Assembly (NCBI GenBank): GCA_001950395.1
Contig: BDLO01000001.1
Span: forward strand, 469,979 to 533,978
Length of the DNA stretch: 64,000 nucleotides
Direction of reading: 5' to 3'
Source: Coriobacteriaceae bacterium EMTCatB1
Lineage (GTDB): Bacteria; Actinomycetota; Coriobacteriia; Anaerosomatales; Anaerosomataceae
How positions within the stretch are numbered: the stretch's first letter is position 1; the number at the start of each line of letters is the position of its first letter. Positions 37,481 to 47,602 of the stretch are shown piece by piece. The notes below the pieces were generated by a model that saw only the letters and a program-made list of their open reading frames with translations, did no database searches and was not told the DNA's origin. A program made the translations under genes and the position numbers.

Positions 37481-38329
37481 ATGGTGGCTGACGAGACCAA
37501 GCAGAGCGGCAAGCGCGTCATCGCCGCGCTGATCGTCGTTGTGGTGGTTCTGGCCGCTTTTGGAGCGGCGTACGCGCTGCTTGGCGGTGCGGATCTGGTC
37601 GCGGATCTGCTCGGCGGCGGCTCCCAGCAGCCGGCTGCGCAGAAGCCGTCGACGCCCGCTAAGCCCAGCACGCCTTCGGAGCAGCCCTCGACGCAGCCTG
37701 CCGAGAGCTCTGAGCCGACTGCGAGCACCGAGCCCACCGAGAGCGCCGAGACGCCGACGAGCGGCAGCACCTCTGGGAGCACGTCAGGCGGCGCCTCGTC
37801 GCCGGCGGTGACGCTCCCGACCAGCGACCAGGCGGCGCGCATGTACTGGGAGCAGGTCGCCAGCCAAGAGCAGATCGGCAAGTTGGTGCGCGGCGAGGTG
37901 AAGAGCATCGCGTTCGGCAGCGTGGCGATCTCTGGCGATACGGCCACCGTGCCGCTGACCGTCACCTACACGAGCGGGTCGTCGCTCTCGGGCCGCATGG
38001 TGCTGCGCAAGTACGGCACTGCGTGGTACTTCTCGAGCATCGCCCGTTCCGGCAACCCGCTCACGGTGACGACTGGCAAGTCGGCCGACCTGGGCGTCGT
38101 CAGCACCATCGTCAACCAGCAGGCGAGCAACCAGGACCTCGTGAAGGGCATCGTGGACGGCAGCTATAAGAGCTGCACGGTGAACGGCGTGAGCTCCGGC
38201 TCGGGAACGGCAACCGTGCGCATCACGCTGTCCGGATCGGATGCGCCGGTCGCGGGCCGGGTCACCTGCATCAGCAAGGTGATCGACGGCACGAAGATGT
38301 GGTTCATCACGTCCTTCGCGAAGAACTAG
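37481..38329 (+). CDS. Membrane-anchored hypothetical protein with a Pro/Ser/Thr/Glu-rich linker and duplicated C-terminal module
   Basis: 282 aa. N-terminal TM segment (VIAALIVVVVVLAAFGAAYALL), a low-complexity linker (PSTPAKPSTPSEQPSTQPAESSEPTASTEPTESAETPTSGS), then two related ~55-aa modules ending GTAWYFSSIARS and GTKMWFITSFAKN. Confidence 0.55.
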   Translation: MVADETKQSGKRVIAALIVVVVVLAAFGAAYALLGGADLVADLLGGGSQQPAAQKPSTPAKPSTPSEQPSTQPAESSEPTASTEPTESAETPTSGSTSGSTSGGASSPAVTLPTSDQAARMYWEQVASQEQIGKLVRGEVKSIAFGSVAISGDTATVPLTVTYTSGSSLSGRMVLRKYGTAWYFSSIARSGNPLTVTTGKSADLGVVSTIVNQQASNQDLVKGIVDGSYKSCTVNGVSSGSGTATVRITLSGSDAPVAGRVTCISKVIDGTKMWFITSFAKN

Positions 38330-38358
38330 CCACCGAGCACTGACACGGAGGAACCTGC

Positions 38359-40167
38359 GTGGAGCTGCGCGATTACCTAGCCGTCATCCGCGCTCGCAAG
38401 TGGGTCATCATCCAGGCGGTCGTGATCGTTACGGTCACGGCCGCCATTGCGAGTGCGCTCATGCCGCCCGTGTACGAGGGTCAGGCGAAGGTCCTCATCT
38501 CGGAGAAGGACACTGGCGCGGCCCTGCTGGGGCAGGTGTTCTCGGAGTTCTCGCAGCCGGAACGCGGCTTGCAGACGCAGGTGCAGCTCATGCAGATCCG
38601 CCCGCTTGCGGAGAACACGATCCGCAAGCTCGGGCTGAAGATGACGCCTGAGCAGCTGCTGAAGAAGGTCGAGATCAAGGCCGTCGGGCAAACGAACATC
38701 GTGGAGATCACGGCGAAGGCAGGGGACGCCAAGACGGCTGCCGACATCGCGAACACGCTTGCCGACGAGTTCGTCGCGTGGTCGAAGGACTACAAGCGCG
38801 AGAGCATCCGGGCCGCGGCCGACGAGGTGGAGCGGCGGCTGGAGACCGCCAAGCAGGAGATCCTCGACCTCGGGCGCGAGATCAGCGAGCAGGGCAAGAC
38901 TGACGAGCTGTCAGCCGAGCTCGCGATCGCCATCAACAGCTACACCGACCTCGCGGGACGGCTGGAGGAGCTTCGAATCCAAGAGCAGCTGGAGTCCGGT
39001 TCGGGTCGCGTGGTGAGCCCTGCGGTGGTGGCCGCTGAGCCCGTCGAGCCGCGGCCGCTGCGCAATGGCGCTCTGGGGATCGCGGTGGGGCTGATGTTCG
39101 GGCTCGGCATGGCGTTCCTGTACGAGTACCTCGACGACACCGTGAAGAGCACCGAGCAGGTCGAGGAGCTGCTGGGCGCGCCGGTGCTGGGCGTCATCCC
39201 GGCCGAGAAGATCGAGAAGGACGAGAAGCGGCGCCTGACGCTCGTGACGCACCCCGGCACGGCAGCTGCCGAGGCGTACCGCGTGCTTCGCAACTCGCTC
39301 GACTTCGTGAACTTCCAGCACGACATCGCCTCGATCATGGTGACGAGCGCGGCGCCGGCCGAGGGCAAGTCCACCGTGGCCGCGAACCTGGCGGCCGGTC
39401 TCGCGCAGGCGGGCAAGAAGGTGGCATACGTCAACTGCGACTTCCGCAAGCCCACGACGCACCACTTCTTCCCGGTCTCCAACGCCGTGGGGCTCTCGGA
39501 CGTCCTCGCTGGCACAGTGACGCTTAAGAGCGCGCTTCAGCGGGTCGGAGAGGTCGGCGAGCTGCTCGTGCTCACCAGCGGTAAGCTCCCGCCGAACCCG
39601 AGCGAGCTTCTCGGTTCGGAGAAGATGCAGCTCATCGTCGAGGAGCTCAAGAAGTGGGCGGACTGGGTCATCGTGGACACCCCGCCGCTTCTTGCGGTGG
39701 CCGACGGCTCTGCCGTGGCGCGCTGGATCGACGGCGTACTGTTCGTCAGCAAGGCAGGCGTGTCCACGAGGGGCGCCATCAAGCAGTCGGCGGAGCTCCT
39801 GCAGCAGGTGGGCGCTCGCGTCGTGGGCGCCGTGGTGTGGGGCCTGGAGACGAGCGGCGGCGGGTCGTCGTACTACTACGGCGGCAAGGGCTACGCCGGC
39901 TACTACCGGTACGCGGACTACTACAAGCAGTACGCGGGACCGGCAGAAGCGGAGCCCGTGCGCGGGCGCAGGGGCGAGCAGGCGTCCACGGGCGCGTCCG
40001 AGATCTACATCCCGCCGGTGAGCCCCGGCCGCAAGTTCCTCGCGAGCGTCGGTCGGATCATGGCCGGCGTGCTCGCGTTCCTGGCCGTGGTGGCGATCGT
40101 CGCAGCCGTCGTGTACTTCATCGACCAGGCCTTCGGCTGGGGGATCGTGCAAGGGCTGCTGGGGTGA
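38359..40167 (+). CDS. Polysaccharide co-polymerase (Wzz domain) fused to a BY-type tyrosine autokinase
   Basis: GTG start. Wzz-like N-terminus with two TM segments flanking a coiled region. Walker A SAAPAEGKSTVAANLA and Walker B-like VIVDTPPLL. Tyr cluster SSYYYGGKGYAGYYRYADYYKQY, followed by an extra ~75-aa tail containing a hydrophobic helix. Confidence 0.85.
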   Translation: MELRDYLAVIRARKWVIIQAVVIVTVTAAIASALMPPVYEGQAKVLISEKDTGAALLGQVFSEFSQPERGLQTQVQLMQIRPLAENTIRKLGLKMTPEQLLKKVEIKAVGQTNIVEITAKAGDAKTAADIANTLADEFVAWSKDYKRESIRAAADEVERRLETAKQEILDLGREISEQGKTDELSAELAIAINSYTDLAGRLEELRIQEQLESGSGRVVSPAVVAAEPVEPRPLRNGALGIAVGLMFGLGMAFLYEYLDDTVKSTEQVEELLGAPVLGVIPAEKIEKDEKRRLTLVTHPGTAAAEAYRVLRNSLDFVNFQHDIASIMVTSAAPAEGKSTVAANLAAGLAQAGKKVAYVNCDFRKPTTHHFFPVSNAVGLSDVLAGTVTLKSALQRVGEVGELLVLTSGKLPPNPSELLGSEKMQLIVEELKKWADWVIVDTPPLLAVADGSAVARWIDGVLFVSKAGVSTRGAIKQSAELLQQVGARVVGAVVWGLETSGGGSSYYYGGKGYAGYYRYADYYKQYAGPAEAEPVRGRRGEQASTGASEIYIPPVSPGRKFLASVGRIMAGVLAFLAVVAIVAAVVYFIDQAFGWGIVQGLLG

Positions 40168-40565
40168 GGGATGGCGTCTGTCCTGGTACCACGCCTTGTG
40201 CTTTGAGAGCGTCATTTCGCGCCAGCTCATTGCACCGGTGGGTTACGACGAAGGACTCTCTCGTCGCCACGTGGGTGTGATGGAGATTCTTGTTGGTTTC
40301 CTTTGTCTTGCTGTGGCTGTGGCGCACGGCACTGAGGGTCATTGTGAGGCCGTTCTTGAGACTGCGTGTTGGCCGAGAAGGCAAGTGTTGCTGCCGGGGT
40401 TGGTATGGGGTGCAACATGCCATTAGGAGAATCTGGGTCTTGGCAGGCTACGTACTGTCGAACGTGTCGTTCCGTAGATGGCCCCGCTAGTGGATGTGTC
40501 GTTACGGTAGCAACTCCCCGGATACGTTACACGATGTCCTTCGTAATCTACTGGGAGACAACGTC

Positions 40566-42047
40566 ATGTCGGATGGTGTGAGAAGGGCTATACGAAGCCT
40601 TGGGCGGGAAAGCGCCCGGTATGGCTTCGGCCTGGCTTTAGCGCAGCTCGGCTCATTCCTGCTGATGCCCATACTGACTCATGCTCTCACGCGGTCTGAT
40701 TACGGCGTTGTGTCCGTTGCGCTGACAACAGCATCGGTGATCTCCACGGTAGCCGGTGCGGGGTTGAGTAGTGCTCTCCTCAGGTCGTACTACGACATGG
40801 GTGACGATGTTGGCCGGAACACTGTTGTATCGACGAGCTTCATCGTCGTGGCAGCATGGTCATGTCTGCTGGTCGCTCTGTCTGCACTAGTTGGCCGCGC
40901 GGGTTCCGCTGCTCTCTTTGGGAGTCCTACGCTTGCTTATCTTGTCGTGGTAGTCGTCTTCGAGGCGACGGGGCGTGCGGTAGTTTCTGTCTTGCAATCA
41001 GTGCTACGCGCAGAACACAGGGCTGGTCAATTCGTTGCGGTCAGTCTTGTGATGCTGGTTGCTCGCGTTGTCGTGAGCTGGCTTCTTGTCGCGCCGCTCG
41101 CATTGGGCTTGAAGGGATATGCTGTGGGCACAGTCATCGGAATGCTCACAGGGCTTGTGCATAGCGTGCTGCTGGTGCGCCGTCGTCTAGAAACAAGATT
41201 CTCTCTCGTAGAAGCGCGATTGCTTGTGTCGTTCGGATTGCCAGTGATGGTAGCGAACCTCGCGTACGCTGTGCTTGTCGGAGCTGATAGATACTTCTTG
41301 CGGGCATGGCATGGGCTTGAGGCAGTAGCTGTCTACAACGTGGGGTATCAGCTTGCAAGTATCGTGACGGTACTTCTTGTGACTCCAATCAACATGGCAT
41401 GGCCTACGATTCTGCTGCCCATGAAGGACAGTCCGGATCTGCCTGAGTTTGTGAGCCGCTCGCTCACGATGGTCTGCGGGTTGTGTGGCTGGGCGGTAGT
41501 CTCACTCGCATTCGGTGGTCCATTACTGGTAGAGATTGTCGCTCCACAAGGGTACGGTGACGCTGCCATAGTCATTCCAATCGTGGCGCTCGCGAACTCA
41601 ATGGTGTTGGTGCAGAGGGTATTGGCGGCCGGTCCTGAGCTGACACGGCGTATGAGAAGGTATGCCTTTCCTTATCTAGTTGCCGCGATAGCGGTAGTGG
41701 TGTTGGACTGGCTGGTGATTCCTGGTTGGGGCATGTATGGAGCGGCTGCTGCGACGTTGATTGCGTACGCACTGTTGCCGGTGATTGCCTATCGCGTCGG
41801 TACGACTCTGCTCGCTATTCATGTGGAACGGTCGCGCCTGGTGGCGATAGGTGGGCTGACTGCAGGTATGACCGCGCTGGGCATCTTCGCGGGTGCCGCG
41901 GTGCGCGGATCGGTACTTGGTGGCACACTGGCTATGGCGGCGGGTGTCATCTCATACCCGGCGCTACTCTTTGTGCTGCGGGTCATAGATAGGCGAAGTG
42001 TGTTGATGCTTTGGCGTTCACTAGGTGTGGCTCCTAGCTCTGATTAG
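40566..42047 (+). CDS. wzx: Polysaccharide flippase (Wzx, MOP superfamily)
   Basis: About 490-aa polytopic protein with many TM segments, in a Wzx-like position within the cluster. Start chosen at ATG 40566 (MSDGVRR). Visibly lower G+C than the flanks. Confidence 0.7.
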   Translation: MSDGVRRAIRSLGRESARYGFGLALAQLGSFLLMPILTHALTRSDYGVVSVALTTASVISTVAGAGLSSALLRSYYDMGDDVGRNTVVSTSFIVVAAWSCLLVALSALVGRAGSAALFGSPTLAYLVVVVVFEATGRAVVSVLQSVLRAEHRAGQFVAVSLVMLVARVVVSWLLVAPLALGLKGYAVGTVIGMLTGLVHSVLLVRRRLETRFSLVEARLLVSFGLPVMVANLAYAVLVGADRYFLRAWHGLEAVAVYNVGYQLASIVTVLLVTPINMAWPTILLPMKDSPDLPEFVSRSLTMVCGLCGWAVVSLAFGGPLLVEIVAPQGYGDAAIVIPIVALANSMVLVQRVLAAGPELTRRMRRYAFPYLVAAIAVVVLDWLVIPGWGMYGAAAATLIAYALLPVIAYRVGTTLLAIHVERSRLVAIGGLTAGMTALGIFAGAAVRGSVLGGTLAMAAGVISYPALLFVLRVIDRRSVLMLWRSLGVAPSSD

Positions 42048-42101
42048 ATCAACGAAGAACTTCGTTTGCCCCATAGCCTGTAATGCCCGTGAAGAGTAGG
42101 A

Positions 42102-43319
42102 GTGGCGAGCGCAGTGAAAGTAGTCCTCTTCTCGTTCCATCTCTATCCAGGCTCCGCAATCGGGGGCATGCGGCCGCACGCGCTCGCCAAGGGTTTGGCC
42201 GCTCGCGGTCATAGAGTCCACGTTGTGACGGCAGAGGAAAGTGCGGCAGATAACGCCGCGTATGCGACGATTGTCGTCCCGAACCAGCACTCTACAAGGC
42301 GCATCGATAAGCTGTTGCGTTATCCAGATATGTACGCGCGGTGGGTACGAGACGCTGTAGCCGAGCATAGAGTGCAGGAGATATTAAGAGAGTGTGACGC
42401 CGTAGTGACGACAGGACCCCCGTTTTCAGTGCACGCAGTCGGACTTCGCTCCAGTATCTCTAGGCGGTCGTGGGCTTGGCTTGCTGAATTCCGGGACTTG
42501 TGGACTGATGGCCCGTATTACACCCTTGGCCCAATCAGACGACTCATGGATTCACGGTATGAGAGGGATGTCCTGAGAGCGGCTGACACCGTCGTGGCTG
42601 CAACGGAGACCATGGCGGACTGTCTGCGCAGAGCAACCACTACTAGGATCAGGACGGCGTATTCGCCTGTGGCTGAGGTTCCTGAAGAAATCCTCGCGCA
42701 AGGAGAGACAGCCCGCAGAAACTCGCGATGCCTCCGGATTGCCCATGCTGGCTACCTGTACAAGGGTCGCCGGGACGTTAGGCCATTGCTGAGAGCAATC
42801 AAGACTTTGAGAGAGCGAGGCGAGGTCTGCGAAGGAGATGTGGAGCTTCACTTCTTCGGGCCTATGGACAAGACTTTGGCGGAGAGCATCGATACACTGT
42901 CTCTCGGTGATTTTGTGCTCGTAAGAGGGGTGCTTCCTCGGGACGCGCTGTGGCGCAGCCTTGCCGAGATGGACGCGCTGCTTGTGATTCGATGGCAGTC
43001 GCATCTGGACGCTCCGTTCATACCTGGCAAAGTGCTCGAGTATGCATCCTTTGGGGTTCCTGTGATCCTAGTGAACGCAGTGCCCAATGGCGAAGCGGAG
43101 AAGGCGTTGGAGGAGATTGGCTGTGGCCTGCTGTGCTTCGACGAGGCGGACATCATCGACGCACTGACGACCCTCTTGCGGCACAAGCGCGAAAGAGGCA
43201 CCGTGCGTTGCGCGGACACTAGCCGCTCCGGGCGGTTCTCAGCGGAAAGGTTTGTTGAAACCTACGAAGAGATAATTGCCGAGGCGGTCACGACGCGAGT
43301 TGAGGGTAATGCTGACTGA
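42102..43319 (+). CDS. Glycosyltransferase (GT-B fold, GT4-like)
   Basis: 405 aa. N-terminus VVLFSFHLYPGSAIGGMRPHALAKGLAARGHRVHVVT. The C-terminal half has a GT1/GT4-like layout. GTG start. Confidence 0.7.
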   Translation: MASAVKVVLFSFHLYPGSAIGGMRPHALAKGLAARGHRVHVVTAEESAADNAAYATIVVPNQHSTRRIDKLLRYPDMYARWVRDAVAEHRVQEILRECDAVVTTGPPFSVHAVGLRSSISRRSWAWLAEFRDLWTDGPYYTLGPIRRLMDSRYERDVLRAADTVVAATETMADCLRRATTTRIRTAYSPVAEVPEEILAQGETARRNSRCLRIAHAGYLYKGRRDVRPLLRAIKTLRERGEVCEGDVELHFFGPMDKTLAESIDTLSLGDFVLVRGVLPRDALWRSLAEMDALLVIRWQSHLDAPFIPGKVLEYASFGVPVILVNAVPNGEAEKALEEIGCGLLCFDEADIIDALTTLLRHKRERGTVRCADTSRSGRFSAERFVETYEEIIAEAVTTRVEGNAD

Positions 43320-44670
43320 CAAGTACGCGAGGTTGGCCGGATTGGCTGTTGCTTCGGCGCTATGCGGGGTTGCGGTAGCCGCATGGGGAGTCTGGGCTGC
43401 TGTCGCGATCATTGTTCTCGTCGTTGCGTTGACGCTGCTGCGAGATGGTCTGCCAGCGCTGGTACTCGCGTATGTGGCAACACGCCCAGCCGCAGATGTC
43501 TTCATTCGGCAGAGCATTGCGGGTCTGAGCCCCGGTCAAATCTGGGCTTTGGGGCTGTTGGCGCTCACTTTGGCATGGGGTTTGAGCCTCTATCCGAGGA
43601 TCATGCATGAATTGTTGCCATTAGGAGTTCTTCTTGCCGTGTACGCGGTTCTTGGAGTGCTCCGTGGCGACGCTATAGTCGCACTCGAGCGCGGCGCGCG
43701 CATCCTGTCGTGGGCGGCATTGGTGCCTGTGGCAGGTACGGCACTTCAAACGGGTGTCGACCACAGGTGGGTCTTGCGATCCGGGTATGGGTTTGCCCTG
43801 CTAGCATGTGCTGTCGCAGGCTATTCGTTCATGACAGGCCGCTACGGCGAGTCCTACTATGTCCCCGGATCACGACTGACGCTGGAATACCAGGCGCCGC
43901 ATGCCCTGGCTACGATGTTGGTGCTCGCGTCTCCGTTTGTTCTGTACGCGCTTCTTTCATCGAGATCGTGGCACCGGTGGGTACACGCTGGCGTACTGAC
44001 TCTACTGACGGCGCTGACCGTGCTATCGCTTGTTAGGAGCAGCGTTCTGGCCCTGGCAGTACTTCTCTTGGTAGCCATAGCAGAAGTCACGCGTCGGGGC
44101 TCGAAGCGTCAACGTTCAACCGTGGTGATTACCGCATTCCTGTTACTGGGAGTTTGGATACGATTTCAGAGCGTAATACTTCAGCGTCTTTCAGAGCTAT
44201 TGCCGGGTCGAGCAAGTCCTGAATCCCTTGGGAGTGGCAGGGGGTTGTTCTGGTCTGCGCTCCTGAAGGAGGCAATAGGGCGTCCGGCGAGCGCAATCAT
44301 CGGTATGGGCGGAGGAGCTGATCGAGCGATCATTGCGGCTTCAACAGGGCTGCAGATCGGTGCCCATAGTGACCCCTTGGAACTTCTTGCAGTCGGAGGT
44401 TTCGTACTGTTTTCGGCGTATGTGTTCTTCCTCTATGTTCCGGTGAGTCGTGCCCTGGGCTGCTTGCGAAGCGGCGGAAGTGACGATGCCACGAATCTGG
44501 GAATCGCAATCGTTGCTGGAGCTGCTGGCTTCAGTGTGCTGGCTCTCACAAACGGTGCCATGGGATATCAGGGCAGCGTGGCTTTTGGCCTCCTCGGCGC
44601 GCTCGGGCTGTGGCTGCCGTACCTTCAACAGGCGGAAGAACGGGAATCTATTGGCGGGCATGTTCTATAG
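43309..44670 (+). CDS. wzy: O-antigen polymerase/ligase-like membrane protein (Wzy family)
   Basis: About 450-aa polytopic protein with a large loop between late TM segments. ATG 43309 overlaps the upstream GT stop. Confidence 0.6.
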   Translation: MLTDKYARLAGLAVASALCGVAVAAWGVWAAVAIIVLVVALTLLRDGLPALVLAYVATRPAADVFIRQSIAGLSPGQIWALGLLALTLAWGLSLYPRIMHELLPLGVLLAVYAVLGVLRGDAIVALERGARILSWAALVPVAGTALQTGVDHRWVLRSGYGFALLACAVAGYSFMTGRYGESYYVPGSRLTLEYQAPHALATMLVLASPFVLYALLSSRSWHRWVHAGVLTLLTALTVLSLVRSSVLALAVLLLVAIAEVTRRGSKRQRSTVVITAFLLLGVWIRFQSVILQRLSELLPGRASPESLGSGRGLFWSALLKEAIGRPASAIIGMGGGADRAIIAASTGLQIGAHSDPLELLAVGGFVLFSAYVFFLYVPVSRALGCLRSGGSDDATNLGIAIVAGAAGFSVLALTNGAMGYQGSVAFGLLGALGLWLPYLQQAEERESIGGHVL

Positions 44671-44925
44671 CACTCATCATGAAGAGTAGTGCCCGCTGCT
44701 TGATTGTTTGTGGGATTTCCCGAGTAATCTGTGTGTGGACGTCGCTGGAGTCGATGCAGCATCTGCATGTGACGAGCGGGAATGGGTCGAGATGGCGGTG
44801 GCTGTTGTCGATGAGGGAGGCTATGCAGTGGGTTTATCTGTCACGCCGTCTATAGCTGGAATTGATAATCGTTGCCACAGACACTCTCGGATGCATCTGC
44901 CCGTGCGAGAAGCTAAGGGTTTTTC

Positions 44926-46122
44926 ATGAGTCAGATTCGGATTGCGATACTGGATACCGGCTCGATCGAGAGACCACTCGGAGGGCAAAGCACGTACCTT
45001 CGTGGGGTCATACCTCATCTAGCAGGCGATGTGACTTTCTGGGGTCAAGAAGCAGAGCACGCGATTTGCTTGGAATGTTCAAGCAGCCATGGAACGGTCG
45101 AGAAGTTGGTGAGATGCAAGACAGTCGTACCAGTTTCTCGTCCAGGTTTCCGTCCGCGCGTACCGCAAAGGCTTTCGGCGCTTGTGCGCGTATGGTTGGC
45201 TCGCAGCGAAATCGTCGCTCAATCCGACGTAGCCTACGTGAATTCGCCCGAAATGGCGTTTCCTCTCGTGTGCAGTCGAAGGCACATTCCAGTCGTACTG
45301 CACTTGCATGGTGCAAGCCACCCGCTTTCGAGCTCGCGTTATGCAGTGGGTCGGATTGCGTCAGTGAGAGCAATCTACTCGCTCATCTTTCGACTTGCTG
45401 TCCGGAGATCAGATGTCGTGCTCAGCGTGGACGAGAGTGGCGTGGATCTTGCAAGGACAATTCGATTGAATAGAACGGATGATCGTGTGTATTTGATTCC
45501 CAGCTGCTATGACTGGGCTACCTTCCGTCACACAGAGCAGGTACCGAATCTGAAACCAGCATTTGAATCCGGGAAACTGCGGATTCTGTTCGTAGGTCGT
45601 CTCGAGAGTGGCAAGGGTCTAAGAGAGTTACTTTCGGCACTGCAGCGCTGGCCGGACGATTTACCCGAAGTCACCCTCACTATCGTTGGCGAGGGATCGG
45701 CACGAGACACTCTGGAAGACTTAGCACACCGCCTTCCCGTGCGAGCGTCTGTCGAGTTCGCGGGGTGGCAACAACCGGCCGCGGTGGCTGAATTGATGAT
45801 ACGGTCTGACGCGGTTGTGCTTCCCTCCATGCAAGAGGGCTTGCCAGTGGTGGTTCTGGAGTCTCTGGCTTGCGGCACTCCCGTCCTGGCCTGCGAGGCG
45901 GGCGATGTGTCTAGAGTTGTAATGGATGGCGTGACCGGAATCGTGTTGTCCAATAATCGACCGGAGACTCTCCTTGAGGGTCTGGTTGAGTTGTGCTCGA
46001 GGAAGTTCTCGACAAAGGCATGCACGGAGTCCGTCGCGGCGCACTCGTGTGCTGCCGTCGGCACCAGAGTGAGCGATATCCTGCACGCAGTAGCTGCGGA
46101 GCATTCGAGGGTGACGATGTGA
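44926..46122 (+). CDS. Glycosyltransferase family 4-like
   Basis: 398 aa with the C-terminal GT4 signature RILFVGRLESGKG ... PSMQEGLPVVVLESLACGTPVLA. Confidence 0.8.
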   Translation: MSQIRIAILDTGSIERPLGGQSTYLRGVIPHLAGDVTFWGQEAEHAICLECSSSHGTVEKLVRCKTVVPVSRPGFRPRVPQRLSALVRVWLARSEIVAQSDVAYVNSPEMAFPLVCSRRHIPVVLHLHGASHPLSSSRYAVGRIASVRAIYSLIFRLAVRRSDVVLSVDESGVDLARTIRLNRTDDRVYLIPSCYDWATFRHTEQVPNLKPAFESGKLRILFVGRLESGKGLRELLSALQRWPDDLPEVTLTIVGEGSARDTLEDLAHRLPVRASVEFAGWQQPAAVAELMIRSDAVVLPSMQEGLPVVVLESLACGTPVLACEAGDVSRVVMDGVTGIVLSNNRPETLLEGLVELCSRKFSTKACTESVAAHSCAAVGTRVSDILHAVAAEHSRVTM

Positions 46123-46420
46123 GTGTCCCCGAGAAGTGCAATGGGGACTGTGCGTCACTTGTTGTGTACCGTGTGAAAGCGAGTCCTTGCGGTGAATACT
46201 GCGTGTCGAATACGGAGGCTGTTCTAGTGCCGAGCAGCAGTGTCGGCGATGGTTCTGATGGCACGCGTCTTGTGCTGCCTGCCCGCCATCTGCTGGTCAC
46301 ATATTGCGCGTGTCAAGACACGCTCGGTGAGCCTGCAGTTTGAAAGAGGCTCGTCGGGGCGCGTACGGGGCGACGTCTATCGGCGGTGGCGGGTTACTGC
46401 GATGCAGTCAAGGCGGGGCA

Positions 46421-47602
46421 ATGAGAGTGCTGATCGCTCATAACGAGTACAGCGTCAGAGGAGGCGAGGAGACGGTCGTTGAGACCGAGGCGCGACTGCT
46501 GCGTGACGCTGGTGTCGACGTACGCATCTTGATGCTCTCTTCGAGGGATTTCTCGGAGGGTTCTTTATGGCAGCAGGCGTTCACGGTTCTCTCTAGCGGT
46601 CGCATGTCCCCAGGTCGATTGATTCTAAGAGATGCAATTCGTCGATACGAGCCCGACGTGGTTCACTTCCACAACCTATATCCGATGTTCGGGTCGGGGG
46701 CTGTCGAGGAGGCAGCGAAGTTCGGCTGCGGTACTGTGCGCACACTGCACAACTACAGACTGAGCTGCATTGCCGGTACTCACTTCAGAGATGGGCGTGT
46801 GTGCGAAAAGTGCACAGTGACCAAGCGATTCCATGGAGTCGCCTACGGCTGCTATCGAGGTTCGCGAACCCAGTCACTTGCGATGGCCATGGCATGCGCT
46901 GCGGAATGGCGGTTGATCACCGAACGGAATCTTCCCGACGTTCTGATATGTCTCACCGAATTCGCGCGGAAGCGGCTGATTGAGGCCGGCGTTCCAGACG
47001 CACGTCTTGTTGTGAAGGCGAACAGTGTAGATGCCGGAAAGCCGTTGCGCTGGGAGGACCGAGAAGGCGCCTGCTTCGTGGGTCGCCTCTCAGAAGAAAA
47101 GGGCGTGCTGGAGCTCGCTGCTGCGTGGCCGGCTGACGGACCTCGTTTGACCATTGCCGGCGATGGACCGCTTCGAGACCAGATCGAATCAGTGTGCCGC
47201 GAGAAGCAGTCTTTGGTGTACGTCGGCGCGCTTGATCGCGACAGGGTACGTCTCTTGGTGCGTTCATCCTTGGTGCTAGTTCTACCGTCTCTGTGTTGGG
47301 AGGGGCTGCCGACGGTGGCTCTAGAAGCCTTGTCCGAGGGAACGCCGTTTGTCAGCTTCAGCCAAACGTGGAACAAAGACCTTCAAAGCCATTTGGATTA
47401 CCTAACAGAAGTCAGACCGGGTGACTTCTCAGGGCTTGTCGCAGAGAATCTGCGAATTGCGTCTCTCGGGCAAGAAGACTGGACAGAGGCGTCCGGGAGG
47501 GCGCTCGACGTCTACCGAAGGCACTTCACTCACGAGTGCAATCGTGACGCACTGCTCGGTGCTTACGAACTCGCTGTGGCACTTGCTGGAGCAAGAAGAT
47601 GA
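46421..47602 (+). CDS. Glycosyltransferase family 4-like
   Basis: ATG 46421 gives MRVLIAHNEYSVRGGEE. C-terminal FVGRLSEEKG ... PSLCWEGLPTVALEALSEGTPFV. Confidence 0.8.
   Translation: MRVLIAHNEYSVRGGEETVVETEARLLRDAGVDVRILMLSSRDFSEGSLWQQAFTVLSSGRMSPGRLILRDAIRRYEPDVVHFHNLYPMFGSGAVEEAAKFGCGTVRTLHNYRLSCIAGTHFRDGRVCEKCTVTKRFHGVAYGCYRGSRTQSLAMAMACAAEWRLITERNLPDVLICLTEFARKRLIEAGVPDARLVVKANSVDAGKPLRWEDREGACFVGRLSEEKGVLELAAAWPADGPRLTIAGDGPLRDQIESVCREKQSLVYVGALDRDRVRLLVRSSLVLVLPSLCWEGLPTVALEALSEGTPFVSFSQTWNKDLQSHLDYLTEVRPGDFSGLVAENLRIASLGQEDWTEASGRALDVYRRHFTHECNRDALLGAYELAVALAGARR

Noticed and set aside
40168-40565. Searched the 400-bp gap at the G+C transition, and the other cassette gaps at 44671-44925 and 46123-46420, for IS ends, integrase fragments, att-like direct repeats or tRNA fragments
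   Set aside because: I could not recognise any inverted or direct repeats or any transposase or integrase-like translations. The small ORFs there (for example 40290..40490) look random.
46119-46343. About 75-codon Cys-containing ORF (VSVPEKCNGDCASL...) in the 300-bp gap between two glycosyltransferase genes
   Set aside because: It has no RBS, no recognisable motif and an atypical composition, and it overlaps the end of the upstream GT. It cannot be distinguished from a chance ORF without conservation data.
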